A DNA stretch of 64,000 nucleotides from Chloroflexota bacterium (GCA_965221905.1 OZ244922.1:3136001-3200000), one strand, 5' to 3'; counted from the stretch's first letter, positions 11,075 to 21,320 are shown. Notes: generated by a model not told the origin, from the sequence alone. A program made the numbers and translations.

Positions 11075-11280
11075 CTAGTTACCTACTTCCCTTTGATCAG
11101 TCCGCCCGCGCGAGAAGGCAAAATGTGCTTTAGGCTCCCTGAGACTCCTGTGTGGCACCACTCTACCACACTACTGAGTACCAAAGCACTGGGTACCACA
11201 GTACTGAAGCAATACAAATTCCAATTGCGTCTCGGTCGCACTATGGTGGAATTAACACCTGCCACCCCGCACTTGGACGG

Positions 11281-11412
11281 CTACCACGAGGCGAGTTCGG
11301 CATAAATGTGCGGAGGCACGTGCACCACTTCATCGGTGCGGGATGACTCTTCTCAAGCCAGGGCTACGGCCACAATGTAACGTCCCCAGCGGCCGTCTAC
11401 CACCGTCGGCAC
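11281..11412 (-). pseudogene. Relic 3' end of a Gfo/Idh/MocA oxidoreductase gene, paralogous to 15022-15150
   Basis: VDGRWGRYIVAVALA*EESSRTDEVVHVPPHIYAELASW* aligns with VDGYWGRYIVAVALACEESSQTGEVVHIPPALYADLTSW*. Confidence 0.8.
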
Positions 11413-11433
11413 CCGTGGGCGCTACTTCCCGCG

Positions 11434-14400
11434 CTATGCCGCAGGTTCCACAGTTGGGATAGGTGTTGGGGTTGGTGTAGGTGTTGGGGTTGGTGTAGGT
11501 GTGGGTGTTGGCGTAGGTGTTGGTGTGGGTGTTGGTGTAGAGGTGGGTGTAGGGGTGGGTGTTGGCGTAGGTGTGGGTGTTGGCGTGGATCTGACAGGAC
11601 ACGTTAATGAGTAATTCCTACTGGATGTTGAACTCCACTCTGCGCGATATTCTATACCATCGCCAAATGCTCTAAGGGTAATTGTAAAGTTACGGGTTTG
11701 GCCGTCTTGCGCGGGAGAGCACACGGCCACGTCGTAGCTTACGTCGGTTATGGTCGAGGTCGAGGTTGTTCGTGCCTTATCACCGGAAATGAGGTTGCCG
11801 CCAAACTGTAACGTTTGAATTCCAAGGCCAAAAGTAGTACTTATACTTACCGTGATGCTGTTATCATCATTAGGCTCATTTCTTGAGGAGTGCGATACTC
11901 TCGCGGAATGCGAAGGAGGGCTTTCCAAGTCCAAATTAGGAGTGGGCGTAGGGGTAGGCATAGGTGTGGGTGTAGGAGTAGGAGTAGGTGTAGGAGTAGG
12001 CGTAGGGGTAGGCGCAGGTGCTGGTGTAGGAGTGGGTGTGGGAGTTGGAGTCGGGCCGCTCGGACACACCACTGACCTGTAGAGAGATGAAGTCCAATTA
12101 CCAAACTCGGGCCGGTACGTCACGCCATCGCCAGCCGCGCTCGCCATCAAACGGTATTTCTTAGTTTTACCGGCTTCGCTGGGCCGACACACGACAAGGC
12201 TATCGGTAAACGGCCCTCCTGCTGTCGACTCGGACCAGTTTATGCCCGACGCGTCGTCATCCTTGAAGAGATACCTAATCTTGGTTGCTGATTCTGGCCA
12301 CCCAATACTCGCTTCAACCAACATCACACCAAGGTTTGACCACTCTTGATAGTTCTTCTCAATTATCCGAGCATTGATGGCCACCGACGGCACAGGCGCG
12401 AAGGGCAAAGGGTTCGGTGTTGGTATCGGTGTAGGCGTTGTCCCTGGAACCAAGGTGGGTACAGGTGTGGGTGTTCTATTCGGGCTGCCAGTTGGACACA
12501 CCCAATTCAATCCGGCAGTTGCACTCCAGGGCCCGTAGTCTGTCCGGTATGTCACGCCATCGCCAGCCGCGCGAGCAGTCCAGTTGATATGGCTTGACCG
12601 TGCCGGCTTCGCTCGGCAGGCACCTTGGTACGCTATTGGTAATCGTGCTACCCTGCGTCGAGATAAATTTCCCGCCGCCCCCTTCAAAGAGATACTCTAT
12701 GCTCGACACTGAATCCGGCCACCTAACAGTCGCCGTGACCACTCCGTCAAGAACGTTAATATCCACTGACGGCGCAGGTGCGAAGGGCAGGTTGCTCGGT
12801 GGCACAGCCGTGCTGGTCGGCGAGGGTGTTGGGGTAGGCGTTACACCCGGCACAGCCGTTGGCGTGGGGGTCGGTGTGGGCGTGGGTGTAGGCTGGTTCG
12901 GCGAACTCGGACAGGTCAACGTGAGGCTGGCAGGGGTACTCCAATCCGACCATTCCGCCCGGTAGGTAGCGCTGTTGCCAAACGTCCGCACGCTCACAGA
13001 ATATCTCCACGTGGCGCCGGCTTCATAGGGCCAGCACACTTCGGTGCGCTTAGACGGTGTTTGCCCCGCCGTCCACACGGTGCCTTCGGCAATGCCATTG
13101 GTCTCCAGCTTGGCAACGCCGTCCGGCCACGCATAGTCCCACGTGATCACCATGACTTGGCGGTTCGACCATGCATTGTAGGCCGCTTCGTTAAGTTCTG
13201 AGCTAATGGATACCGAGGGTACCGGCGGCAGCGGCAAGGTTGTTTGATCGGGAACCGGCGTAGGGGTGGGGGCCGGTGTAGCCGTCGGCGTTGCTGCCAC
13301 GGTCGGCGAGTCCGGACACGTCACAGTGACGCTGACATTCGTACTCCAGCCGGACCATGCGGCTCGGTAGGTGACACCATCACCAAGTGTCCGCAAGCTC
13401 ACGGAATATCTTCTGGTGAGACCGGCTTCATTTGGCCAGCACACTTCGGTGCTCTTGTCCGGCGTTTGTCCCGCTGACCATGTGGTGAGCCCGGCAATGC
13501 CTGTGGTCTCTATCTTGGCCACTCCGTCCGGCCACGCATAGTCCCACGTGATTTTAATGACTTGTCGGTCATCCGACCACAGATTATAGGCTTCTTCAAT
13601 TAGCCCATAGCCCATGGATACTGACGGGACCGGAGGTAGCTCCAAGCCCCCATGGATGGGAAGCGGCGCAGGCAGAGTCACAGGCACCGTTTCCGGCGTG
13701 GTGGATGTCGGTGACGGCGATGGTGCGGGCCCCGGCAACGCTGCTCCTGGCGTCGGACACGGCACGGAAAGGGTGAGTTCACGTGTTAGGGCGTCGGCCA
13801 AGGTTTCCCGATACACGTCACCATAGCCGTTTGTGCCTATGCTCACCCAAAGATCTTTCGTCAGTCCTGCCTCTGCCGCCATACACACGTAGGTGTGGTA
13901 GTAGCGGATGTTGCCAATGGTGTGGAACGGCGTGTAGAGCGAGCTGCCACGGTATGACCAACTGAGGAAGAAGTCGGGCGATGTCTCCACCGCAATCACG
14001 ACCTCCACCAAATTGCCCTGCCAGTTGGCGGCGCGGCTGCTGATGCTCGCATTGGGGGCGGGGGCCTGCGGCAACGAGGGGTCAGGAGTTGGGGTGGGCT
14101 CGGGCTTCGGTGTCTCTTTCGGGCACGTGACCGTATGTTTGAAGGTATGAGAAGGGGACCAGTCTGCCTGATAGCTTACGCCATCGCCAAGCGCCGCAAC
14201 TGCCACGTCATATTGAAACTCTTGGCCGGCTTTGTCGGAGGTGCATACATAGGCATTGACTCTGGTGGAAAAAGCCTGTGGGCCTCTTCTTGTTACGGAA
14301 TTGAAGTTGAAAGAAAGGTCTCCACTAAGCTTGACAGTCGATATGCCATCGAGCCAGACCCACTCGGCTTGAACTTTGATGTTTCCCGATGGATTCGGGT

Positions 14401-14827
14401 CGACATGGTTGGTGAGTAGTACGTATGAAGGAGCGGGAGGCAGCGGCAAGACTGCCGAGGTCTCTGTTTGCGTGGTGGTATTGGTGAATGTCCCGTAATC
14501 GGATTCCCAGGAAAAGCGCTCGGTGTTTAGGCGCCTCTGCAATCCGTTCGGGCCATTGATCCACGTTTCGTGGCCGTTGGTGAAGGCAGTGTGGTTGTCG
14601 GCCTTGCGCCAAACCAGGAGACCCCCGGTCGTCTTTTGGGTACCGTCTCCATTGGCGCTGAAGTGCTCGTTCTCCAAGCACTCGCCCACAATCTCATGGC
14701 CGACAAGGTCGCGCAGGGCCTTAAATCCGAGGATGAACTCGCAGTCGGCAGCCATTGCCGACCCCAGGACGAGTGTCGAGACGATCAGTCCGAGTAGCAA
14801 ACCCAATACAGTGCGTCGGAAGCGCAT
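11434..14827 (-). pseudogene. Paralogous surface protein (7 Cys-pair modules, PT linkers) split by a 1-nt frameshift at about 12580
   Basis: ORFs 12476-14848 and 11434-12687 join on removing one G (CAA CTG [G] ACT GCT CGC), giving about 1130 aa and restoring module 5 (YQL-TARAAGDGVTYR). Confidence 0.75.
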
Positions 14828-15021
14828 CGGCGTTGACCCCACCCACACGTCCTAATCACTACGCGCCCGCCACAGAGTGCATGCGTAGTACTGTAGTTCT
14901 TTCGATAGGTACCATTTAGCAGATACCAAGCTACCATACTATCAATTGAACTGCAATTCGGCGCCTTGAGTGGATTGGTAATGTGCATCCAGAAAGCCAT
15001 ACGTAGTCAAGCCTTGAGACA

Positions 15022-16041
15022 CTACCAAGACGTGAGATCGGCGTAGAGGGCAGGCGGTATGTGCACAACCTCACCGGTCTGTGAGGATTCCTCACAGGCC
15101 AGGGCTACAGCCACAATGTAGCGTCCCCAGTATCCGTCGACTGGTGCTTTTGAACCGGTTTCGATTGCGTGCACGAGGCCGGCCAACTCCAGGGTAAACG
15201 AATCTGTGCCGGACACCGGCTGTTCCACGTACCGCGTGCCTTGGCTGAGCCAGAGACGGTCGTCGCGGGTTGCGACACGCACACTCGCCTGGCTGCCAAT
15301 AATCTCGACCTCATTTCGCTCCGGCCCTTCTTGAGGGTAGCCGGTGTGGTGGAGCGTAGCGTGGGCGCCGTTGGCAAAGTCCAGCCACGCGAGGCCGGTG
15401 TCGTCGGTATTTTGGCCCACCATGGGATTGCTCACCCAGGCCCGCACGGCCGTGATTGGGCTGCCGATGAGCCACGTGAGGCGATCGAGCATGTGGACGC
15501 CGTTCATATACCACATGCCGCCGCCTTCAGCACGGTTGAGAAACCAGGGCGGGCGGTTGGCCAGATCGAATGTGCGGTACCAGGTATCGGTGGCAAAGAC
15601 GACCGTGCCCAACTCTCCGTCTTCGATTAGTTGCCTAGCTGCCAGACCGGCCGGCACAAAATGCTCCGTATGCGCCACGAGCAGCTTGACACCCGCTTCT
15701 TCTGCCGCGGCAATGATGGCATCGCAATCGGCAACCGTCATCGCCATGGGTTTTTCCAAGAAGATGTGCTTTCGGGCAGCGCAGGCCGCAAGCGTGATCT
15801 CTGTGTGCAAGAAATGGGGTAGTCCGATCATGACGACATCTACCCGGGGATCCGTGAGTAGATCGTTGTGGCCGGCATAGCCGGTGCACGGGTGCTTGCG
15901 CGTGAACTCCTCGCGGCGCTGCGCATCCGGCTCCGCGACTGCGACCAACTGCGTCTCCGCCACTGCCGCAATTGCCGCGGCATGACCGCCGCTCACACGG
16001 CTTGCGCCAATGATGCCCACTCCGTACGTCATGGGTGTCAC
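15022..16041 (-). CDS. Gfo/Idh/MocA family oxidoreductase
   Basis: GIIGA, EKPMA and GGGxxxxxGVH motifs. Confidence 0.92.
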   Translation of the reverse strand: MTPMTYGVGIIGASRVSGGHAAAIAAVAETQLVAVAEPDAQRREEFTRKHPCTGYAGHNDLLTDPRVDVVMIGLPHFLHTEITLAACAARKHIFLEKPMAMTVADCDAIIAAAEEAGVKLLVAHTEHFVPAGLAARQLIEDGELGTVVFATDTWYRTFDLANRPPWFLNRAEGGGMWYMNGVHMLDRLTWLIGSPITAVRAWVSNPMVGQNTDDTGLAWLDFANGAHATLHHTGYPQEGPERNEVEIIGSQASVRVATRDDRLWLSQGTRYVEQPVSGTDSFTLELAGLVHAIETGSKAPVDGYWGRYIVAVALACEESSQTGEVVHIPPALYADLTSW

Positions 16042-16137
16042 TCCTGATTATCGGTCGACATAGTGTGCAATTGTCCTACCGTCCAATGCATTCTGCTCAG
16101 ACTGCCTTAGAGGATCCTTGCAGAGTCTAGAAAAAAA

Positions 16138-16225
16138 CGTTCGTGCTGAGCTTGTCGAAGCGCGAGCGGGGCGGTCGCCAAACGCGCTAGTTCCGTTCAC
16201 CCTTCGACAGGCTCAGGGCGAACGG
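16138..16225. repeat. REP family A inverted doublet
   Basis: CGTTCGTGCTGAGCTTGTCGAAG ... CTTCGACAGGCTCAGGGCGAACGG. Confidence 0.8.
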
Positions 16226-16368
16226 CTGGTGTGCATCAACCTGTCCATGCCGCCTACACACCGCTGTTCAAGGTGGGTTTCTTCAACCATGAACTGTCCT
16301 TCGTCGGGCCCAGGATCCGTAATTAATTTGGCCGCTGGCCCCAGCGTGAACCACATCTCAGAATAACA

Positions 16369-16406
16369 AAAGAGGTCGGTTCCCGTGCTCAGGAACCGAC
16401 CTCTTT
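16369..16406 (-). terminator. Intrinsic terminator downstream of the tusA-like gene
   Basis: AAAGAGGTCGGTTCC, 8-nt loop, GGAACCGACCTCTTT. Confidence 0.8.
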
Positions 16407-16427
16407 ACAATCTCACTAATTTCGAGC

Positions 16428-16715
16428 CTACTCCGACACGTTTAGCGCTGCGAGTTGCTCCTGCAAGTTGGCAATGAGCTCTTGCGGTTTGGCGGCCTTG
16501 TCGGATTTTCGTAGCGTCAGCCGCCACTCCGAATCAGCCGCGCCCTCGATGCTCGTCTCATAACCGTTCTTTGCCGCTTCCCATGGAATAGTGCCCAGCG
16601 CGGGCGCGTGATCGGTCAGTACTTCCAGAGTCTCGTCTCCCTCGAGATTCTTCAAGGCCTCTGAAGTTTTCATCATGGGGTAGGGGCAGATTTCACCGCG
16701 CACGTCGATTTTCAT
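16428..16715 (-). CDS. TusA/SirA family sulfurtransferase (YedF/YeeD-like)
   Basis: DVRGEICPYP motif, LEVLTD; AGGAG RBS. Confidence 0.9.
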   Translation of the reverse strand: MKIDVRGEICPYPMMKTSEALKNLEGDETLEVLTDHAPALGTIPWEAAKNGYETSIEGAADSEWRLTLRKSDKAAKPQELIANLQEQLAALNVSE

Positions 16716-16996
16716 GGTCTACCGCTCCTTTCAGTGCTCCCAGTCTTACGATGCAGTCAAATCTCATTCAATCATCATCCATTTGGTATCGTAGCACACT
16801 GGCATGACGACTCAGCAGATTCCGCAGTTCATTTAGCATCCAACTGTCGGCCGCTCAAACTAGCTTCGCCGCACGGCACTCTCATTAGGAGGCCGATGCG
16901 TAACTCGAATTCGCGAGCGGGATTGGACCTTCTTGACGAGGATTCGCCCTCACCCCCGTTTCAATTACGGGCCAGGCTCTAGCCCTCTCCCTCGAT

Positions 16997-17198
16997 GAGA
17001 CCTTTGCATAACTCCTTCCCCCTTGATGGGGGTGACGAACTAGCTCACGGCCAGCAATTCCAATCCACCCATGCCCCTCTGGATTCCGGCCCCGTATCGA
17101 GTACGGGGCAAGCTTTTCGCCGGAATGACGGAGTCGTTCAAAGGCTTACTCAATGGAGAGGGGTTTCTGCACCTCTGCCCACGCTATGCAAAGGTCAC
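16997..17198. mobile_element. MITE-like element with IS5/IS1106-type terminal inverted repeats, enclosing REPs
   Basis: GAGACCTTTGCATAAC (16997-17012) and GCTATGCAAAGGTCAC (17183-17198), 14/16 inverted match. Confidence 0.55.
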
Positions 17199-17200
17199 CG

Positions 17201-18457
17201 TTAGGGAATTCGTTTGATCGCCTGCACGCCAAGGTATGCGCCCGGCAGCAGTGATAGCCCAAATATCCAGCCGTTGAGCCCCAGCGAAGGGATGGCGGAA
17301 AAGAATGCGCCAATCGTGCAGCCCACCGCGATACCGGCGCCGTAGCCCATGAAGATTCCCCCGACAGCCGACTGTACGTAGCGTCGTTTCACCGGCGGCA
17401 CCCGCACCTTGAACTCATTGGCGAGCACGGCAGCGACAAGCGCCCCAATAATCAAGCCGGCGTCGACAATCAGGCCCTCGCTCGTCCACCATGAACCGAC
17501 ACCTGCCGTCAGATTGCACCCGGCCAGACCGTCTACACCGAGCAGCGCGGGGGCCTGGATGCGGAACAGACCGCTGGCGATGCGGTCCGACCATGCCGAC
17601 AGCTCGCCGGTGACGCCGAGCGGACGATCGTAGATGTAGAAGAATACGTTGACTACCGCCAGGGCGATTGCGCCGACGGCAAGGGGCCAGCCTTTACCGA
17701 ACACCAAGCCATATACCTGGCGCAACTTCTCGCCCAATTCCATAGCGGGCATCTCACTCTGCTTGCCCAGCGGAAAGCTCGGCATGGGGCCCGAACGGTA
17801 CTCCCACCAGTAGCTCAGGAGCACGATCCCCGCCAGGGCCAGCAGCGTGAGCGCCACAGCGCCGCCGTAGCCAAGCCATCTGGGCAGGAAGACCGTCGGC
17901 ATGTCGCTAATGTGGTTAGTCCACCACCAATTCCAGGTGCGGGCTGAGAGGTACAAGCCAAGCAGGATGCCTGCCATAGTCGCCCACGACGCCACGTACC
18001 CCTCGCCGATGCGGTACATCGTGCCCGACACACAGCCCCCGGCGATCACCATGCCAAAGCCAAAGGCTATACCGCCCACAACCAGGTGCAGACCGATAGG
18101 GATCACGTGCACTGCCGCGGGCAAGGCGCCGCTTGCGGGGTTCGGCACCATCATCTGCATCACAAGCCAGAAGCCGACGGTGGCAATCCCGATGCCCACG
18201 GCAAGGGCGCGCATCGTGCCGGCGTCATGCATTAGAAATATGTCCCGAAAACCGGAGGCGAAGCAGAGGCGGCTGCGCTGCAAAATCACGCCGAACGCCA
18301 AACCAAAGAGCCACATCACGGCGAGCGTCGCGTTGACCGCTGCCAGAAATGCCAAGAATAGGACTACTGCCGCTACGACAACCACGCGCACAACCACACG
18401 CGCCGTAACATGCTGCCTTAGACCGGTTGCCTCGCGTGCTTCAACATTCGAACTCAT
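17201..18457 (-). CDS. YeeE/YedE family thiosulfate (sulfur/selenium compound) transporter
   Basis: LQRSRLCFAS, FGFGMVIAGGCVSG and GIAVGCTIG conserved-Cys motifs; multiple TM helices. Confidence 0.92.
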   Translation of the reverse strand: MSSNVEAREATGLRQHVTARVVVRVVVVAAVVLFLAFLAAVNATLAVMWLFGLAFGVILQRSRLCFASGFRDIFLMHDAGTMRALAVGIGIATVGFWLVMQMMVPNPASGALPAAVHVIPIGLHLVVGGIAFGFGMVIAGGCVSGTMYRIGEGYVASWATMAGILLGLYLSARTWNWWWTNHISDMPTVFLPRWLGYGGAVALTLLALAGIVLLSYWWEYRSGPMPSFPLGKQSEMPAMELGEKLRQVYGLVFGKGWPLAVGAIALAVVNVFFYIYDRPLGVTGELSAWSDRIASGLFRIQAPALLGVDGLAGCNLTAGVGSWWTSEGLIVDAGLIIGALVAAVLANEFKVRVPPVKRRYVQSAVGGIFMGYGAGIAVGCTIGAFFSAIPSLGLNGWIFGLSLLPGAYLGVQAIKRIP

Positions 18458-18539
18458 GATTGCTCCAAGAAACAGACCGATGCATCAAGAAAACGGTCCA
18501 AAACAAAACTGTGCACAGCCCTTCATTCTCAACACTCAG

Positions 18540-18612
18540 CCCGTAATTCCGGACACAGGGTCCGTCATTCCGGACACTGAGCTCGTCTTTCCCGCGCAAG
18601 CGGGAATCCATC
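18540..18612. repeat. REP family B with tandem 21-bp partial copies
   Basis: CCGTAATTCCGGACAC.. CCGTCATTCCGGACAC.. CGTCTTTCCCGCGCAAGCGGGAATCCATC. Confidence 0.65.
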
Positions 18613-19013
18613 TTCTCCAGAGCGCGGGCACTCGGCCTTAAGCTAGATTCAAGCCGCCATACACACCTGGAGTCCTGCATTCAGACTCCGATCCTCACTG
18701 GTATTATGACTTAGTTGCTCCAAATTATCAAGTATCCTTGCCCCGGCGCTTGAAGTGTCAAGCTCGGTCTGAATGCATCGACAGGCTCGGCACAGACAGT
18801 CTTGCTTCTTCGTCATCACTTGGGAGGGGGATCGCGCATACAATGCAACCATGGGCTCCCTCTGCGGCGGCGGTTGACACCGCAAGTTTGCACCAGCTAG
18901 CGTGGTTACGTTCGCTGTGCGCAAAAACTTGCGTATCGACAAAGAGAGAGAAAGCTGCCGTTCAAGCAGAGCACGGCCAAACTATGCATAGGGAATCCAT
19001 GCAGGGAGCAGTA

Positions 19014-19679
19014 ATGACACGTTGGTCCGCAGTGCCGCAGACGCTTTGCCTTGTGCTCTTTCCGCTCAGCTTCATGCTGCTAAGCAATACCGGTCTTCAT
19101 CCGGGCTTTGACGGATCGGCGGCGGAGCAGATCGAAGCACTGGCGGGGAACGCAACGCGATGGCGGTGGGTGCACCTCGGCATGGCTGGGGGCAGCTTGC
19201 TCGGCCTCGTGGTGCTGCTTACGCTTCGGTCCTTAATGCCTCGTTCCCACGTGGTCGTGCATGCGGCCGTAGTCCTCGGCGTCATCGGAGCGGCGGTACT
19301 CTCAGGCATCTTTGCGCTGGAGGCAACGCTTGTGGTCGAGTTGGCTCAAGCGTGCGTGGAATCCGGGGCGTCGTGCCTTTCGTCGGCAAACCAGACGTTT
19401 CTCGATCGTTTCGCCGACCTAGCACTCAACCGCGTCCCGCTCTTGTTCCAAAGCGGCGGCGCGTTGCTGGCAGCGGTATTTGCCCTTGCCGTGATGGGGC
19501 AGAGCATGCGGGCACTCGTCTTGCGCGAGTCATTGCCGATGATGGTAGGATCAGCGGTCGTCTTTCTCTACGGGCCTGCTCTGCACGGCGTGCCGCTGGG
19601 GCTGCCGTTCTTCGGCCTACTCATCATGCTAGCCGGGTCGAGCGCACTTGCATTTCGCTTGTTGCGGACATCCCAATAG
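19014..19679 (+). CDS. Membrane protein of unknown function
   Basis: About 6 hydrophobic segments; ATG at 19014 after GGGAG (ORF track starts further upstream). Confidence 0.65.
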   Translation: MTRWSAVPQTLCLVLFPLSFMLLSNTGLHPGFDGSAAEQIEALAGNATRWRWVHLGMAGGSLLGLVVLLTLRSLMPRSHVVVHAAVVLGVIGAAVLSGIFALEATLVVELAQACVESGASCLSSANQTFLDRFADLALNRVPLLFQSGGALLAAVFALAVMGQSMRALVLRESLPMMVGSAVVFLYGPALHGVPLGLPFFGLLIMLAGSSALAFRLLRTSQ

Positions 19680-19714
19680 GCCCGCCCGCAACGTTGCCTC
19701 GTCTGCCCTGCCCG

Positions 19715-19743
19715 TTGAGCGAGGCGTTGGCCGCTGGTACAAT
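19715..19743 (+). promoter_or_regulatory. Sigma70-type promoter upstream of tRNA-Pro
   Basis: TTGAGC-17 nt-TACAAT with TG extended -10. Confidence 0.5.
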
Positions 19744-19861
19744 AGTGGTGAAACGTGACTTTGCCGGAAGCGGCCCGCCTTCAAGCGGGCATTCATCGGG
19801 AGACCAGCGGCCTATGCCGCGTATTACCGGAATTGGCATTGGCGCGTAAACGGCACGGCAA

Positions 19862-19938
19862 CGGGGTGTGGCGCAGCCTGGTAGCGCGCTTGAATGGGGT
19901 TCAAGAGGTCCCCGGTTCGAATCCGGGCACCCCGACCA
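19862..19938 (+). tRNA. tRNA-Pro(GGG)
   Basis: Cloverleaf; anticodon arm CTTGA-ATGGGGT-TCAAG; GGTTCGAATCC T-arm; encoded CCA. Confidence 0.96.
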
Positions 19939-19977
19939 CAGACGGTCTATCCCCCTCTGGAGTTTCCCTGTCTAGGA

Positions 19978-20373
19978 TTACGCCGGCGCTGCAGGCGCGT
20001 ATTCGGCGAGACTTGCCATTACCAAGTCTTGCAGGGCTGCGACGTCCGGCGTCTGATCCAAAGCGTTGGCCGAGACTACCTGCGTGGTGGCGCCGCCTTC
20101 ATCCATGAAAACCGCCGGAAGCTCGAGCTCCGTGAGTTGCGGGTACGCCACGGTCAGTTCATCGCGATGGAGGAAGACCACACCGTGCGGCAACTCTTGT
20201 GCGAAACGCCGCCAGGCACGCTTCATGCCGAGATTTCCATACGTGATCCGGCACAGGCTACAAGGGTAGGTGTCCGGGGCCACTATCTTGTGCACGTAGT
20301 CCTTGAGCTGTGCGAGTAGAGGAGAATCGGCGTTATAGACGAATAAAATCCGTCGTTCACTATTCATAGCCAC
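19978..20373 (-). CDS. Conserved hypothetical protein (FVYNAD...CxLC family)
   Basis: 131 aa; LFVYNADS, YPCSLCRITYG and FLHRDE motifs; co-oriented with larE. Confidence 0.7.
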   Translation of the reverse strand: MAMNSERRILFVYNADSPLLAQLKDYVHKIVAPDTYPCSLCRITYGNLGMKRAWRRFAQELPHGVVFLHRDELTVAYPQLTELELPAVFMDEGGATTQVVSANALDQTPDVAALQDLVMASLAEYAPAAPA

Positions 20374-20409
20374 ATCCGGCTCCTTGCCGCCTCATGAAAT
20401 GCCTGTGGG

Positions 20410-21255
20410 TCAGACCGTTTGCAGCGGCAGGATGTCGTGGGATGCGAGAGCCTCGTTGAGAGACCCCGAGCGGTAGCCCTGCATATCGAGGGCGACGTAC
20501 TTGAAGCCAATCTCTTTGAGCGCCGCGACAGTCTGCGTATGGGCGTCGTTCTCGAAGAGCCGGGTCAGGTCTTCGGGCGGCGCTTCGATGCGAGCAATGT
20601 CGCCGTGATGACGGACGCGCACCAATCGAAAGCCAAGCTTGTGCAGGAAAAGCTCTGCTTGGTCCACTTGATGCAACTTTTCCAGCGTCACGCGCATGCC
20701 GTATGGGATGCGCGAGGCCAAGCAAGCGCCCCCCGGCTTATCCCACGTCGGCAGCCCAAGCTCTTTGGAAAGCTGGCGAATCTCATGCTTTTGCAACTCG
20801 GCTTCCACCAGGGGCGCGCGCGCATTGAGAAGCTCAGCCGCCTCCATGCCCGGACGATGATCGCCGAGGTCGTCCATGATGCCGCCGTAGACAATTGTGT
20901 CGAAGCCCTCCGCCACGGCAATGAGCTGCATCTCGGTAAAGAGCTCCTTCTTGCAGTGGAAGCACCGATCGGGGTTATTGACGGCGTACTCTTCCTTCTC
21001 GAGCTCGTGGGTCTCGATGAGGCGGTGCTCGATGCCGATCTCTGCCGCATAGAGTTTGGCCTCTTCCAGTTCTGTCGCAGGGTAGGTCGGCGAAAGCGCC
21101 GTCACCGCCACAGCGTCCCGATCTAACACGGCATGGGAAACCTTCGCCAAGAAGGTGCTATCCACGCCACCGGAAAAGGCGATAAGCGTCCGCCCCATGC
21201 CGCCAATGAGTTGCTTTAGATGCTCTTGTTTCTCGTACAAATTTGCAGTCGCCAT
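20410..21255 (-). CDS. larE: ATP-dependent sulfur transferase LarE (PP-loop)
   Basis: AFSGGVDS, NNPDRCFHCK, DxRPG, ACLASRIPYG and RVRHH. Confidence 0.92.
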   Translation of the reverse strand: MATANLYEKQEHLKQLIGGMGRTLIAFSGGVDSTFLAKVSHAVLDRDAVAVTALSPTYPATELEEAKLYAAEIGIEHRLIETHELEKEEYAVNNPDRCFHCKKELFTEMQLIAVAEGFDTIVYGGIMDDLGDHRPGMEAAELLNARAPLVEAELQKHEIRQLSKELGLPTWDKPGGACLASRIPYGMRVTLEKLHQVDQAELFLHKLGFRLVRVRHHGDIARIEAPPEDLTRLFENDAHTQTVAALKEIGFKYVALDMQGYRSGSLNEALASHDILPLQTV

Positions 21256-21320
21256 CCATCAGCCTCCACTTACAATGTGTTCGCACCGCTCATTTAGATT
21301 TGCAATGCTCACTGCGTCTC

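Noticed and set aside
11353-11355. TGA aligned with Cys in the oxidoreductase relic as Sec
   Set aside because: The fragment has no start and has upstream TAG stops; this is pseudogene decay
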